In this document: positions 21,258 to 31,818 of the stretch, piece by piece
Layout of the letters: every line of letters starts with the position of its first letter
Numbering within the stretch: position 1 is the stretch's first letter
Origin: Longimicrobiales bacterium
Lineage (GTDB): Bacteria > Gemmatimonadota > Gemmatimonadetes > Longimicrobiales > Gaopeijiaceae
Assembly: GCA_963664435.2 (NCBI GenBank)
Contig: CAXXKM010000003.1
Location: 320,001-384,000 of the forward strand
Length of the DNA: 64,000 nucleotides
Direction of reading: 5' to 3'
Program-made: the position numbers and the translations under genes
The notes under the pieces: generated by a model
Told to the model about the DNA's origin: nothing
What the model saw: only the letters and a program-made list of their open reading frames with translations
Database searches by the model: none

Positions 21258-22460
21258 CTACTCATCGGCCTCGGCCCCCGACAGCCGCGCCACGTGCGCG
21301 ACATCCTTGTCCCCGCGGCCGCTCAGACACACCACGACCGGCCCGTGGCGGGCCAGCTCCGCCCCCGCTTCGAAGACGTGCGCCAGCGCGTGCGCGCTCT
21401 CGAGCGCCGGGATGAGGCCCTCCAGCCGGGAGAGCCGGTGGAAGGCGGCCAGCGCCTGATCATCCGTGACCGTCACGTATTCCGCACGGCCTTCGTCGAG
21501 GAGCCATGAGTGCTCCGGTCCCACGCCCGGGTAGTCGAGGCCGGCGGAAATGGAGTGAGCCGGGGCCACCTGCCCGTCCGCGTCCTGGAGCAGGTAGCTC
21601 AGCGACCCGTGCAGCACGCCCGGCCTGCCCGCGGCCAGGGGCGCCGAGTGCCGGCCGCTGTCCAGCCCCTCGCCCGCCGCCTCGACCCCGACCAGCCGCA
21701 CATCCCCGAAGGGAACGAAGGCGTGGAAGATGCCCATGGCGTTGGACCCGCCGCCGACGCACGCCACCACCGAACCGGGGAGCCTGCCCTCGGCGGCCTC
21801 CAGTTGCGCCCGCGTCTCCTCCCCGATGACGGCCTGGAAATCGCGCACCATGCGCGGGAAGGGATCGGGCCCCACCACGGAACCGATGATGTAGTGGGTG
21901 TCGCGCACGTTGGTCACCCAGTCGCGGATCGCCTCGTTGGTGGCGTCCTTGAGCGTGCACGAACCCGAATCCACCGGACGCACCTCGGCCCCCAGCAGCT
22001 CCATGCGATAGACGTTCAGCGCCTGGCGCTCGACATCCTCGGTCCCCATGTAGACCACGCACTCGAGGTCGAAGAGCGCGCACACGGTCGCGGTGGCCAC
22101 CCCGTGCTGCCCGGCGCCGGTCTCGGCGATGATGCGGCGTTTGCCCATCCAGCGCGCCAGCAGCGCCTGCCCGAGGGTGTTGTTGATCTTGTGGGCGCCC
22201 GTGTGGTTGAGGTCCTCGCGCTTGAGGTAGACGGGTCCGGCGCCGATGGCCTCCTCGACGCGGGGCGCGCGGTAGAGGGGGGAGGGCCGGCCGGCGTAGT
22301 CCTCGAGCAGGGCGCGCAGATCCGCGGCGAAGCCATGGTCGGCCGAGGCATCCCGATAGGCCGCGGTGAGCTCGTCCAGCGCGGTGATGAGGGTCTCGGG
22401 GACGTAGCGGCCTCCGTACGGGCCGAAGCGGTCCCCGGCCGTGCGTGCACCCGGGGTCAC
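21258..22460 (-). CDS. trpB: Tryptophan synthase beta
   Basis: [36 protein letters not shown]. Confidence 0.97.
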   Translation of the reverse strand: MTPGARTAGDRFGPYGGRYVPETLITALDELTAAYRDASADHGFAADLRALLEDYAGRPSPLYRAPRVEEAIGAGPVYLKREDLNHTGAHKINNTLGQALLARWMGKRRIIAETGAGQHGVATATVCALFDLECVVYMGTEDVERQALNVYRMELLGAEVRPVDSGSCTLKDATNEAIRDWVTNVRDTHYIIGSVVGPDPFPRMVRDFQAVIGEETRAQLEAAEGRLPGSVVACVGGGSNAMGIFHAFVPFGDVRLVGVEAAGEGLDSGRHSAPLAAGRPGVLHGSLSYLLQDADGQVAPAHSISAGLDYPGVGPEHSWLLDEGRAEYVTVTDDQALAAFHRLSRLEGLIPALESAHALAHVFEAGAELARHGPVVVCLSGRGDKDVAHVARLSGAEADE

Positions 22461-24142
22461 GAGCCACCTCCGTTGCCGCGCGCGGCGCGCACGAAGCCGT
22501 GCACCTTCGCGGGATCCTTCACGCCCACCCGCCGCTCCACTCCGGAGCTGGCGTCGACGACGTGCGGACGCAGGAGCGACACGGCCTCCGCCACGTTGCC
22601 GGCGTTGAGGCCCCCCGCGGCCACGAAGCGCTGCTCCGGGGCGAAGCGGTCGCGGATTCCAGCGAGGCTGCGCCATGGGAAGCGGGTACCCGTGCCGCCC
22701 GGCAGCTTCTCGTGCCAGCCATCGAAGAGGAGCCCGTCGGCGGCGTCTCCGTACCGGTCGAGCGCGCTCAGGGCGTCCGCCTCGTCGCGCACGGGCGCGG
22801 CTTTCCACACCGTCCAGGGGCCGCTCGCGCGCAGGCGGGAGACGGTGTCGGGATTCTCGCGGCCGTGCAGTTGCACCACGGAGGCCCCGGTCTCGCGCGC
22901 CGCCGCCACCGCTTCGTCGAGGGTCGGGTCCACCAGGAGGATCACCAGTGGCAGGTCGGCGGCTTCGGCCACCGCCTGAGCTGTCGGGATGTCAACGCTG
23001 CGCGAGAAGCCGGGGGTGAGCACGGTGCCCACGTAGGTCGCGCCCGCCTGGGCGGCGATGCGGCCGTCCGCCGGGCGGGTGATCCCGCAGATCTTCACCT
23101 CGGGCACCTGGGTGGGTCCGGTGGCGGGAGGTGGCGGTTCGGGGACGCCGGCGGTCGCGGGCGGTTCGGATTGGGCGGAGGGAGGCGTGGCCGGGCGGCC
23201 GACGGGGGGTGCGGGCCCGGCGGCGGTCGCGGGCGGGCGGGCGGCGGGGGACGGGACGGGACGGGCAGCGGCCGCGGGCGGGCGGGCGGCGGGGGACGGG
23301 CCGGGCCGGGCGGCGGTCTCGGGCGGCGCGTCCCGCCCGGTGGCGGCGGCGGCGCGCGGTCCGCCCCGGACGCCGGTCAGGGCTGCCACGGCGTCGCCGG
23401 GGCGCGGACTGCGCAGGAGCGCCTCACCCATCAGGACGGCGTCCGCGCCCGCGGCACCCACGGTGGCCAGGTCCTCCCGGGTCGCCAGGCCGCTCTCCGA
23501 AACCACCACGACGTCCGGCGGAATGCGGCGAACCAGCTCCAGCGTGACGGCCACGCTCGAGCGGAAGGTGCTCAGATCGCGGTTGTTGATCCCCACCACG
23601 TCGGCGCCGGCCGCGAGCACCCGCTCCAGCTCCGCGGCGTCGTGGACCTCCACCAGCGCGGCCATCCCGAGCTCGCGCGCCCCGCTCAGCAGCTCCCCGA
23701 GAAGCGGATCCTCGAGGATGCGCACGATGAGCAGGACCGCGTCCGCTCCCGCCGCGCGCGACTCGTCGAGCTGAACCGGGTCGACCAGGAAATCCTTGCG
23801 CAGAGCGGGCCGCCGCACCCTCGCGCGCACCCGCCTCAGATCGTCCAGGCCGCCTCCGAAGTACGTGCGATCCGTCAGCACGCTGATGGCCGATGCGCCC
23901 GAGCGCGCGTATTCCGCGGCCAGATCGGAGGGATCCAGATCCTCGCGAATGGATCCGGCCCCGGGGGACCGCCGCTTGACCTCCGCGATGACCGCCACTT
24001 CCCTCGACGGTTTTCTCAGGGCGGAGCGCAAGTCGCGGGGTGGAGGCGCCGAACGGGCGGCCCGTGCCAACTCCGCCCGCGCGGATCTCAGAACCCGGAC
24101 TTCGCTGCGCTTGGTGCGGACGATGCGGTCGAGAATGTTCAT
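22457..24142 (-). CDS. trpCF: Fused indole-3-glycerol-phosphate synthase / PRA isomerase with long Pro-Ala linker
   Basis: [24 protein letters not shown]; then VKICGIT, VQLHG, GGTG, AGGL, DASSGVE. Confidence 0.93.
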   Translation of the reverse strand: MNILDRIVRTKRSEVRVLRSARAELARAARSAPPPRDLRSALRKPSREVAVIAEVKRRSPGAGSIREDLDPSDLAAEYARSGASAISVLTDRTYFGGGLDDLRRVRARVRRPALRKDFLVDPVQLDESRAAGADAVLLIVRILEDPLLGELLSGARELGMAALVEVHDAAELERVLAAGADVVGINNRDLSTFRSSVAVTLELVRRIPPDVVVVSESGLATREDLATVGAAGADAVLMGEALLRSPRPGDAVAALTGVRGGPRAAAATGRDAPPETAARPGPSPAARPPAAAARPVPSPAARPPATAAGPAPPVGRPATPPSAQSEPPATAGVPEPPPPATGPTQVPEVKICGITRPADGRIAAQAGATYVGTVLTPGFSRSVDIPTAQAVAEAADLPLVILLVDPTLDEAVAAARETGASVVQLHGRENPDTVSRLRASGPWTVWKAAPVRDEADALSALDRYGDAADGLLFDGWHEKLPGGTGTRFPWRSLAGIRDRFAPEQRFVAAGGLNAGNVAEAVSLLRPHVVDASSGVERRVGVKDPAKVHGFVRAARGNGGGS

Positions 24143-24205
24143 GCGCGCGGGAAGGGACGTCGGCCGCCGGGGAGGGATGCGATTCCGGTTCTTTCGGGGT
24201 GCATC

Positions 24206-24251
24206 TTGCGCTTCGGGATACCTTCGGGTAGGTTATTCGGGTCCTGTTCGG
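24206..24251 (+). promoter_or_regulatory. lexA sigma70-type promoter overlapped by TTCGG direct repeats (candidate SOS boxes)
   Basis: TTGCGC(24206)-N17-TAGGTT(24229); TTCGG at 24212/24223 and 24236/24247. Confidence 0.65.
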
Positions 24252-24278
24252 TCATCACTTTCGCGGAGCGTGCATTCG

Positions 24279-24887
24279 ATGCCCCTGACCAAGCGACAGA
24301 AACAGATCCTGGACTTCATCGAAGGCTACCTGGACGAGTGGGGATACGCGCCCAACTTCGAGGAAATCGCGCATGCCTTCGGATACGCTTCCCTGGCCAC
24401 GGTCCACGAACACCTGAGCAATCTGGAGCGCAAGGGTTACATCCGGAAGGCCTACAACCAAAGTCGCTCCATCGAGATGGTGCACCGGGAGACGGGTGCC
24501 GGCGTCTTCGCACTGCCGCTGCTCGGAGCCGTTGCCGCGGGGATGCCCATCGAGGCCGTTCAGGACAACGAAACCCTGTCTGTTCCCCAGGACATGGTTC
24601 CGAGCGGCGCCGAGAGCTACGTCCTGCGGGTCGAGGGCGACTCCATGATCGACGAACAGATTCGCGACGGCGACTACATCGTGGTCAGCGCGCGACCGGT
24701 GGCCCATGAAGGGGAAACGGTGGTCGCCCTGGTCGGGGGCGATTCGGCCACCGTCAAGAAGTTCTATCGCGAGCGGGGCTCCCGGATCCGGCTGCAGCCG
24801 GCCAACGAAGCAATGGAGCCGATCATCGTCGACGCGGCCGATGTCCAGATCCAGGGGGTCGTGGTCGGCGTGATTCGGAAGTATTGA
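24279..24887 (+). CDS. lexA: SOS repressor LexA
   Basis: LTKRQ..wHTH, VAAG cleavage site, GDSM, TVKK. Confidence 0.97.
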   Translation: MPLTKRQKQILDFIEGYLDEWGYAPNFEEIAHAFGYASLATVHEHLSNLERKGYIRKAYNQSRSIEMVHRETGAGVFALPLLGAVAAGMPIEAVQDNETLSVPQDMVPSGAESYVLRVEGDSMIDEQIRDGDYIVVSARPVAHEGETVVALVGGDSATVKKFYRERGSRIRLQPANEAMEPIIVDAADVQIQGVVVGVIRKY

Positions 24888-24984
24888 GGCTTGATCCACG
24901 GATAACCGACCGAGACGGGCCGGCTCCTGGGGAGTCGGGCCGAAGTTCGGTCACCTGACCGGCCGCGGCCGGAGGGAGGCGAGA

Positions 24985-25179
24985 ATGAGGATTCCGTTTG
25001 CGGTAGGCAGACTGAAGGGCGACTTCACGGAAGTAGTGCTGGTGGGCGAGAACTGCGGGCCGGACGGCGTACCATTCCTTCGCGGGGCACGGATGACGCG
25101 CACGCCCGCTCGATTCCGGCCCGGTCCCGCCGGAGCGCGAATCGCCCGGCTTGAGGATCGCGATGCCCGTCGTCGCTGA
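24985..25179 (+). CDS. Small hypothetical protein downstream of lexA
   Basis: GGAGGGAGG RBS just upstream of ATG; fills the lexA-trpD gap. Confidence 0.4.
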   Translation: MRIPFAVGRLKGDFTEVVLVGENCGPDGVPFLRGARMTRTPARFRPGPAGARIARLEDRDARRR

Positions 25180-25233
25180 CCGGGACGGACGACGTGGGCA
25201 GATCGGCGGGCGGGGTACTGAGGCGCGCGCGCC

Positions 25234-26280
25234 TCAGGTGCCGCGGGCGCGCGTGGCTTCGCGGAGTTCCGCAAGCTTGCTGGTCGCGAGCCCGCGGTCG
25301 ATCGCTTCGGCCGCCATGGCAACCCCCTCCGAAAGGGAGTCCGCCAGACCCGCGACGTAGATGGTGGCGCCCGCGTTGACGAGGACGAACGAACGCGCCG
25401 AGTCCCGGCGGCGGCCTTCCAGCACATCCACGATCACGACCGCGTTTTCGCCGGGAGTTCCGCCGGCGAGACCCTCCAGGCTCTCCGGCTCCAGACCCAG
25501 GTCGGCCGGGGTTACGGGGTAGGTGGTTATCTCGCCGTCGCGAAGATCGGACACGGTGGTGGTCCCCACCGGGCTCAGTTCGTCCATTCCCGGCTCGCCG
25601 TGGACCACCAGGGCGCGGCGGTGGCCGAGTTCACGCAGCGCGGGCGCGATCAACTCCAGCCAGGAAGGGTCGGAAACGCCGACCAGCTGGCGGGTTACCC
25701 CGGCCGGGTTGGTCAGCGGCCCGAGCAGGTTCATGATGGTCGGGACAGCCAGTTCCGCGCGCACCGGACCAACGTGGCGCATGGCGGGATGCAGAAGCGG
25801 CGCGAACATGAAGACGATTCCGGTTTCCGCCAGCACCCGGCTCATGTCGTCCGGTGTCAGCTCGATGCGGACCCCGAGCGCTTCCAGGACGTCGGCGCTC
25901 CCGCTCTGCGACGTGAAGGAGCGGTTGCCGTGCTTTGCGACCCGCACTCCGGCCGCCGCCGCGGTCAGAGCGGCCGCGGTGGACACGTTGAAGGTGCGTA
26001 CGCTGCCGCCCCCGGTGCCGCAGGTGTCGACCAGCTCGTGCGTCCGTTCCGACTTCACCGGACGCATTGCTCCGCGAAGCGCGCGCACGCCGCCGGCGAT
26101 TTCGGACGGAACCAGCCCCTTGGTGCGGAGCGCGATCAGGAAGGCGGCCATCGCCACGGGGGTCGCTGCTCCGGACATGATGGTCGCGAACGCGCCTTCG
26201 GCCTCCGCCGCGGTCAGGCTCGCGCCTTCGGACACCCGGCCAATGAGGGGGGTGAGGTCCAGCTTCGTTTCGGAGGTCAT
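25234..26280 (-). CDS. trpD: Anthranilate phosphoribosyltransferase
   Basis: DTCGTGG, FNVST, KHGNRS, GSADVLEALG, GMDE. Confidence 0.97.
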   Translation of the reverse strand: MTSETKLDLTPLIGRVSEGASLTAAEAEGAFATIMSGAATPVAMAAFLIALRTKGLVPSEIAGGVRALRGAMRPVKSERTHELVDTCGTGGGSVRTFNVSTAAALTAAAAGVRVAKHGNRSFTSQSGSADVLEALGVRIELTPDDMSRVLAETGIVFMFAPLLHPAMRHVGPVRAELAVPTIMNLLGPLTNPAGVTRQLVGVSDPSWLELIAPALRELGHRRALVVHGEPGMDELSPVGTTTVSDLRDGEITTYPVTPADLGLEPESLEGLAGGTPGENAVVIVDVLEGRRRDSARSFVLVNAGATIYVAGLADSLSEGVAMAAEAIDRGLATSKLAELREATRARGT

Positions 26281-26317
26281 GGTCGTGTCCGGGTCGGCGG
26301 CGGCGCGGGAGAGGGCT

Positions 26318-26391
26318 CGGGCGATGGTACCAAGCGGGCCGTACCCGGTCAACGCGGGCGATGGTACCAAGCGGGCCGTACGCGGTCGACG
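26318..26391. repeat. 37-bp tandem duplication in the trpD/truA divergent intergenic region
   Basis: CGGGCGATGGTACCAAGCGGGCCGTAC(C/G)CGGTC(A/G)ACG x2. Confidence 0.9.
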
Positions 26392-26531
26392 CGGCGAAGG
26401 AATTTGCGCCGCCCCTCCCCTCGTACGGGACGGGCGAGGCCGGGCGGGGAATCCCCGGGATGGCACCGGAGCCTGCAAGATGGAGCCCGGATGTTGAGTT
26501 GCGCCTCCGGAAATCCTAGTTTCCCGGCGTC

Positions 26532-27491
26532 ATGGTCCGGGGACAACGCCGCTTCCGACTCACGCTGCACTACGACGGGACCCGTTTCTTCGGCTGGCAG
26601 AAGCAGCCGGAAGTGCGCACGGTGCAGGGTGAGCTGCAGACCACCCTCGAGCGGCTTACCGGCGAGCACCGCGCGGTGACGGCGGCGGGCAGAACCGACC
26701 GGGGGGTGCACGCCACCGGCCAGGTGGTCGCCCTCGTCCTGCCGCGGCGCTGGTCCGCCGCCACCCTTCGGCGGGCGCTCAACGCCAGGCTGCCCGGGGA
26801 CATCTGGGTGGCGGACGCCCGGCCCGCTCCGCCCGCCTTCCACCCGCGCTACGACGCCACGGCGCGCGAGTACGGATACCGGCTGGGGTTCACCGCGGCG
26901 GCCCGCTCGCCCTTTCACCGGGCGTGGTGCTGGCCTCTCGCGCGCCTCGCCGGTGACACCGCCTCGACCACGGCGGACCTGGATGTCGAGGCCCTGCACG
27001 CGGCGGCCGCGCTCCTGCCGGGCGAGAAGTCCTTCGCCGCCTTCGCCCGCGCCGGCCAGGAACACCGGGGAGACCGCTGTACCGTCACGGAGGCGCGCTG
27101 GGCCGCCTGGGAGCTCGGCATGGAGTTCACCATCGTCGCCGACCGGTTCTTGCACCACATGGTCCGCTACCTGGTGGGCACCATGGTCGACATCGCCCGC
27201 GGCCGCCGGCCGCTCGACGACATGCGCGCGATGCTCGAGGGCAACCGGGGCGGCCTGGTCACGTCGCCGCCCGCTCCCGCTACGGGCCTCTTCCTGCGTC
27301 GAGTGAGCTATCCGGCGCAGGCGGTCGCGCACACTTCGGCGGTCTCCGACGCCGCCGCGACCGAAACAGACGACACCGCGACGCCGGCCGACGCCCCTCC
27401 GCGATCCCCGCGAAGCGTCCCGTTCGCCGACCTCGCCCTGTTAGATTCCGACACCGACCGCCCACCCGCAGGGAGCGCCAACCACCCATGA
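26532..27491 (+). CDS. truA: tRNA pseudouridine(38-40) synthase
   Basis: YDGTRFFGWQ, AGRTDRGVHA, FLHHMVR, APATGLFL. Confidence 0.96.
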   Translation: MVRGQRRFRLTLHYDGTRFFGWQKQPEVRTVQGELQTTLERLTGEHRAVTAAGRTDRGVHATGQVVALVLPRRWSAATLRRALNARLPGDIWVADARPAPPAFHPRYDATAREYGYRLGFTAAARSPFHRAWCWPLARLAGDTASTTADLDVEALHAAAALLPGEKSFAAFARAGQEHRGDRCTVTEARWAAWELGMEFTIVADRFLHHMVRYLVGTMVDIARGRRPLDDMRAMLEGNRGGLVTSPPAPATGLFLRRVSYPAQAVAHTSAVSDAAATETDDTATPADAPPRSPRSVPFADLALLDSDTDRPPAGSANHP

Positions 27492-28144
27492 AGATCTTCC
27501 TCGACACCGCCGACCTGGGTGAGATCCGCCGCGCCGCCGCCGCCGGCCTCATCGATGGCGTAACCACCAACCCCTCCCTGCTGGCCAAGGTGGCCGGCGA
27601 CCGCGACCCGATGGAGATCTTCCTCGAGATCTGCGAAGCCATCGACGGCCCGGTTAGCGCCGAGGTCGTCGGAGTGGACAAGGCGATCATGATCGACGAG
27701 GGCACCCGGCTGGCCGCCATCCACCCCAACATCGCGGTCAAGGTGCCCCTCACCGAGGACGGCCTGGTGGCGTGCCGCGAGCTCAGCTCGCGCGATATCC
27801 CGGTCAACGTCACCCTGTGTTTTTCGGCTCCGCAGGCGCTGCTCGCCGCCAAGGCGGGGGCCGCGTACATCTCGCCCTTCATCGGACGGCTGGACGACAT
27901 CTCCCACGACGGCATGGAGCTGATCCGCCAGATCCGCGTCATCTACGACAACTACGGCATGCAGACGGAGATCCTGGCGGCCTCCCTCAGGCATCCGCGC
28001 CACGTCGTGGAGTCGCTGGAGATGGGCGCGGACGTGGCCACCCTGCCGCCGGGCGTGCTGTACAAGCTGATCCGCCACCCGCTGACCGACCTCGGGCTGG
28101 CCGCTTTTCTGGCCGACTGGGAGAAACTGGGACGTGACCTCTAG
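27488..28144 (+). CDS. tal: Transaldolase / fructose-6-phosphate aldolase (TalC type)
   Basis: FLDTA, GVTTNPSL, VKVP, NVTLCF, SPFIGRLDD. Confidence 0.93.
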   Translation: MKIFLDTADLGEIRRAAAAGLIDGVTTNPSLLAKVAGDRDPMEIFLEICEAIDGPVSAEVVGVDKAIMIDEGTRLAAIHPNIAVKVPLTEDGLVACRELSSRDIPVNVTLCFSAPQALLAAKAGAAYISPFIGRLDDISHDGMELIRQIRVIYDNYGMQTEILAASLRHPRHVVESLEMGADVATLPPGVLYKLIRHPLTDLGLAAFLADWEKLGRDL

Positions 28145-29633
28145 CAGTCCGGGCCGCGCGGCCGCGGCCGGGGCATCCAGCACGGGGAAGTCCGCCTCCG
28201 GCGGCTACGTGCATCCCCTTTCCGGACGCTACGCCTCGCGCGAGATGCAGCGCATCTTCTCGCAGGCGCGCAAGTTCACCACCTGGCGGCGGCTCTGGAT
28301 CGCGCTCGCCGAATCACAGCGCGAGCTGGGGCTGGACATCCCCGGGGAAGCGCTGCGCCAGATGCGGGCCGGGGCCGACGACCTGGACCTGGACCGGGCC
28401 GACGAGCTGGAGCGCCGGTTCCGCCACGACGTGATGGCGCACGTCCACCTCTTCGGGGAGGTGGCGCCCGCCGCGCGGGGCATCATCCACCTGGGCGCCA
28501 CCAGCGCCTTTGTGGGCGACAACGCCGACCTGATCCTGCACCGCGAAGCCCTCACCCTGATCCGCGACCGGCTGGTGCGCTGCGTCGAGGCGCTGGCGGG
28601 CTTCGCGCGCCGCTACCGGTCGCTCCCGACGCTGGCCTACACCCACTTCCAGCCCGCCCAGCCCACCACGGTGGGCAAGCGGGCGACGCTCTGGATCCAG
28701 GACCTCCTCCTCGACATCGAGGAGATCGAGTTTCGCCTCGGCTCGCTCCGGTTCAGGGGCGTGCGCGGCACGACCGGCAGCCAGGCGTCCTTCCTCGACC
28801 TCTTCGACGGCGACTCCGCCAGGGTGGACGCCCTCGACGACGCCGTGGCCCGGCGCATGCACTTCGAGCAGCGCTACCCGGTGAGCGGTCAGACCTACCC
28901 GCGCAAGGTGGACGCCGCGCTCCTGGCGACGCTCGCGGGCACCGCCGCGTCCACGTCCAAGATGGGCCACGATCTGCGCCTGCTGTCGCACCTGGGAGAG
29001 GTCGAGGAGCCTTTCGAGGACACCCAGATCGGCTCTTCGGCCATGCCCTACAAGCGCAACCCGATGCGCGCGGAGCGGGTTTGCGCCCTTTCCCGCCACG
29101 TCATCACCTTGTATCAGGATGGCGCGTTCACGGCCGCCACCCAGTGGCTGGAACGGAGCCTCGACGACTCCGCAAACCGGCGCGTCAGCATTCCGGACTC
29201 CTTCCTGACCCTCGACGGCATCCTGGTTCTGGTCGAAAACGTCTCATCCGGGCTGGTGGTCAACGAAGCGGTGATCCGCCGCGCGCTCGACGAGCAGCTC
29301 CCCTTCATGGCCACCGAGACCATCCTCATGCGCGCGACCCGGGACGGCGGCGACCGCCAGGCGCTCCACGAGCGCATCCGCCGTCACGCCCACGCGGCCA
29401 CCCGGAAGGCTCGCGAGGAAGGCGGGGACCCCGACCTGATTGCCCGCATCGCCGGCGACGACGCGTTCGGCCTGGGTGCGTCCGAGCTGGCCGACCTTCT
29501 CCGGGGCGAGCGCTTCATCGGACGCGCCCCCGAGCAGGTGGAGCGCTTTCTGGACGATTTCGCGCAGCCGGTCATCGACCGTCTCGGCTCCGATGCCCGC
29601 GCCCGTCTGGACGCCCCCGATATTCGTGTCTGA
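28134..29633 (+). CDS. purB: Adenylosuccinate lyase
   Basis: RHDVMAH, HLGATS, THFQPAQ, GSSAMPYKRNP. Confidence 0.96.
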   Translation: MTSSSPGRAAAAGASSTGKSASGGYVHPLSGRYASREMQRIFSQARKFTTWRRLWIALAESQRELGLDIPGEALRQMRAGADDLDLDRADELERRFRHDVMAHVHLFGEVAPAARGIIHLGATSAFVGDNADLILHREALTLIRDRLVRCVEALAGFARRYRSLPTLAYTHFQPAQPTTVGKRATLWIQDLLLDIEEIEFRLGSLRFRGVRGTTGSQASFLDLFDGDSARVDALDDAVARRMHFEQRYPVSGQTYPRKVDAALLATLAGTAASTSKMGHDLRLLSHLGEVEEPFEDTQIGSSAMPYKRNPMRAERVCALSRHVITLYQDGAFTAATQWLERSLDDSANRRVSIPDSFLTLDGILVLVENVSSGLVVNEAVIRRALDEQLPFMATETILMRATRDGGDRQALHERIRRHAHAATRKAREEGGDPDLIARIAGDDAFGLGASELADLLRGERFIGRAPEQVERFLDDFAQPVIDRLGSDARARLDAPDIRV

Positions 29634-29646
29634 CCCCACCTCAGCC

Positions 29647-30618
29647 ATGGAGCTCGACGACAACGTGACGACCATCGTGGATTCCACCCTCCCCCTCCCC
29701 CTCCTCCACCGCGGCAAGGTGCGGGACGTCTACGAGGCGGGGCCCGACACCCTGTTCATGGTGGCGAGCGACCGCGTGAGCGCCTTCGACGTGGTCCTGC
29801 CCCAGCCCGTGCCCCGCAAGGGCGAAGTGCTCACCCAGCTGACCGCGTGGTGGCTGGCGCGCTTCTCCGCCCGCTCGCCGGTGCCGGGCGCCGAGGGAGG
29901 CATCGACCACCACCTGCTCGCCGTGCGGCGGGAAGAGATCATCGACCGAGTCCCCGAGCTGGCCGACAGCGTCGACGACTGGGCGCGCCGGGCGATGCTG
30001 GTGCGCCGCACCCGGCCGATCCTGGTCGAGTGCATCGTGCGCGGCTACATCACCGGTTCGGCGTGGCGGGAGTACCGCCGGAGCGGCACCCTCGCCGGCG
30101 AGCCCCTCGCCCCCGGCATGATCGAGAGCGACCGCATGGACCCGCCCATCTTCTCTCCCTCGACCAAGGCGCACGAGGGCCATGACGAGAACATCACCTA
30201 CGACCAGGTGGTGGAGCTGCTGGGTGCGCCCATGGCGGAGACCCTGCGCGACCTCTCGCTCGGCATCTACAGCGCCGGATCGGAGACCGCGCGCCAGCGG
30301 GGCATCATCCTCGCGGACACCAAGTTCGAGTTCGGGATGGACGGCGATGGCCGGCTCCTGCTCATCGACGAGGTGCTGACCCCCGACTCCTCGCGCTTCT
30401 GGCCGGCCGAACACTACGCGACCGGCAGGGGCCAGCCCTCGCTGGACAAGCAGCCCGTGCGCGACTACCTGGCTCACGAAACGACCTGGGACAAGATGCC
30501 GCCCCCACCCGACCTTCCCGACCGCATCGTGGAGGAGTCGACCGCCCGCTACCTGGACATCTTCCAGCGGCTGGTGGGCGTGCCGCTGGCCGAGTACAGG
30601 GGCCCCGGCTTCGCATGA
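29647..30618 (+). CDS. purC: SAICAR synthetase
   Basis: GKVRDVY, SDRVSAFD, ADTKFEFG, DEVLTPDSSRFW. Confidence 0.96.
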   Translation: MELDDNVTTIVDSTLPLPLLHRGKVRDVYEAGPDTLFMVASDRVSAFDVVLPQPVPRKGEVLTQLTAWWLARFSARSPVPGAEGGIDHHLLAVRREEIIDRVPELADSVDDWARRAMLVRRTRPILVECIVRGYITGSAWREYRRSGTLAGEPLAPGMIESDRMDPPIFSPSTKAHEGHDENITYDQVVELLGAPMAETLRDLSLGIYSAGSETARQRGIILADTKFEFGMDGDGRLLLIDEVLTPDSSRFWPAEHYATGRGQPSLDKQPVRDYLAHETTWDKMPPPPDLPDRIVEESTARYLDIFQRLVGVPLAEYRGPGFA

Positions 30619-30628
30619 AGCAGATCTC

Positions 30629-31543
30629 ATGATCCGCAGGCGCTTCCAAAGGGGCATCATCATCATCCCCTCCGCGTTTACCCTGGGCAACGTCTTCTTC
30701 GGCGTGTTCGCCATGGTGATGGCGTCCCGCGGCGCGTACGAGTGGGCCGCCTGGTTCATCGTGTTCGCGGGCATCCTCGACACCTTCGACGGCGGCATGG
30801 CGCGCTTTACGCGCACGGGCTCGCGCTTCGGCGCCGAGCTCGACTCGCTGGCCGACGCGGTCAGCTTCGGCGTGGCCCCGGCGATGGTCATGTACCAGCT
30901 TTACTGGGCCGACGGCTCCTGGAGCTGGCTGCTCTCCTACCTTTTCGTGACCGCGGTGGTGGTCCGCCTGGCACGCTTCAACGTGGAACAGGGCGGAGAG
31001 GCGAAACGCTCGTTCCACGGGCTGCCGTCGCCGGCCGCGGGGATGATGCTGGCGACTTCCTACCCCTTCACCCAGACCGCTTTCTTCGAGGCGTATCTGA
31101 GCACCCTTCCGTGGGCCCAGATCATGGGCATCCTGATGGTGCTGCTCTCCGCGCTGATGCTGAGCCACGTCCCCTACGCGCGCATGCCCCGCGTGGGGCT
31201 GCGCACGCCCAGAACCCGCATCAACAGCGCCATCGCCGTGGCCGCCATCGTCGCCGCGATCGCCGCCCCCCGCTACTACTTCTTTCCGGTCCTGTTCGGG
31301 TACGCCGTCTGGGGTCTTCTGAAGTCAGTGGCGATCGGCTTCCTGGACCGGCTTCCCGAGCGCGACCCTCTCCTCGAAGTGGACGAGGACGAGGATGAGG
31401 ATGAGCCCGAAGACGAGGAAGATGTCCGGCCGCTCGACTACGGCGGCCTCGGACCCCGCTACCGCGCCCGCAGGCGCAATCGGCTCGTCCGACGCCGGCG
31501 GACCGACCCCCAGGACGACAACGGCACGGAGGACACAACTTGA
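30629..31543 (+). CDS. pssA: CDP-diacylglycerol--serine O-phosphatidyltransferase
   Basis: DTFDGGMAR..G.ELDSLADAVSFGVAP, RLARFN, FHGLPSP. Confidence 0.88.
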   Translation: MIRRRFQRGIIIIPSAFTLGNVFFGVFAMVMASRGAYEWAAWFIVFAGILDTFDGGMARFTRTGSRFGAELDSLADAVSFGVAPAMVMYQLYWADGSWSWLLSYLFVTAVVVRLARFNVEQGGEAKRSFHGLPSPAAGMMLATSYPFTQTAFFEAYLSTLPWAQIMGILMVLLSALMLSHVPYARMPRVGLRTPRTRINSAIAVAAIVAAIAAPRYYFFPVLFGYAVWGLLKSVAIGFLDRLPERDPLLEVDEDEDEDEPEDEEDVRPLDYGGLGPRYRARRRNRLVRRRRTDPQDDNGTEDTT

Positions 31544-31818
31544 GCCTGTACGCCATCGAGATCCGCGTGACCCCCCGCCGCGGGCTGCTGGACCCGCAGG
31601 GGAAGGCCATTCAGCACGCCCTGGACTCCCTGGGCTTCGCCGGCGTCGCGGAGGTCCGCGCCGGCAAGCTGCTCGTGATCGAGCTTGAAGCGGACTCGCC
31701 GGACGAGGCCGCCGCCCGGGCCACCCGCATGTGCGAGAAGCTGCTCGCGAACCCCGTGACCGAGGACTTCGCCATCGAAGTCGCGCGCGATGCGGCGCAG
31801 CCGGAGGCGGCGACGTGA
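31540..31818 (+). CDS. purS: FGAM synthase subunit PurS
   Basis: [22 protein letters not shown]. Confidence 0.95.
   Translation: MSLYAIEIRVTPRRGLLDPQGKAIQHALDSLGFAGVAEVRAGKLLVIELEADSPDEAAARATRMCEKLLANPVTEDFAIEVARDAAQPEAAT

Noticed and set aside
26280..26531. trp attenuator, T-box or purine riboswitch
   Set aside because: No Trp-rich leader, T-box or recognisable aptamer seen
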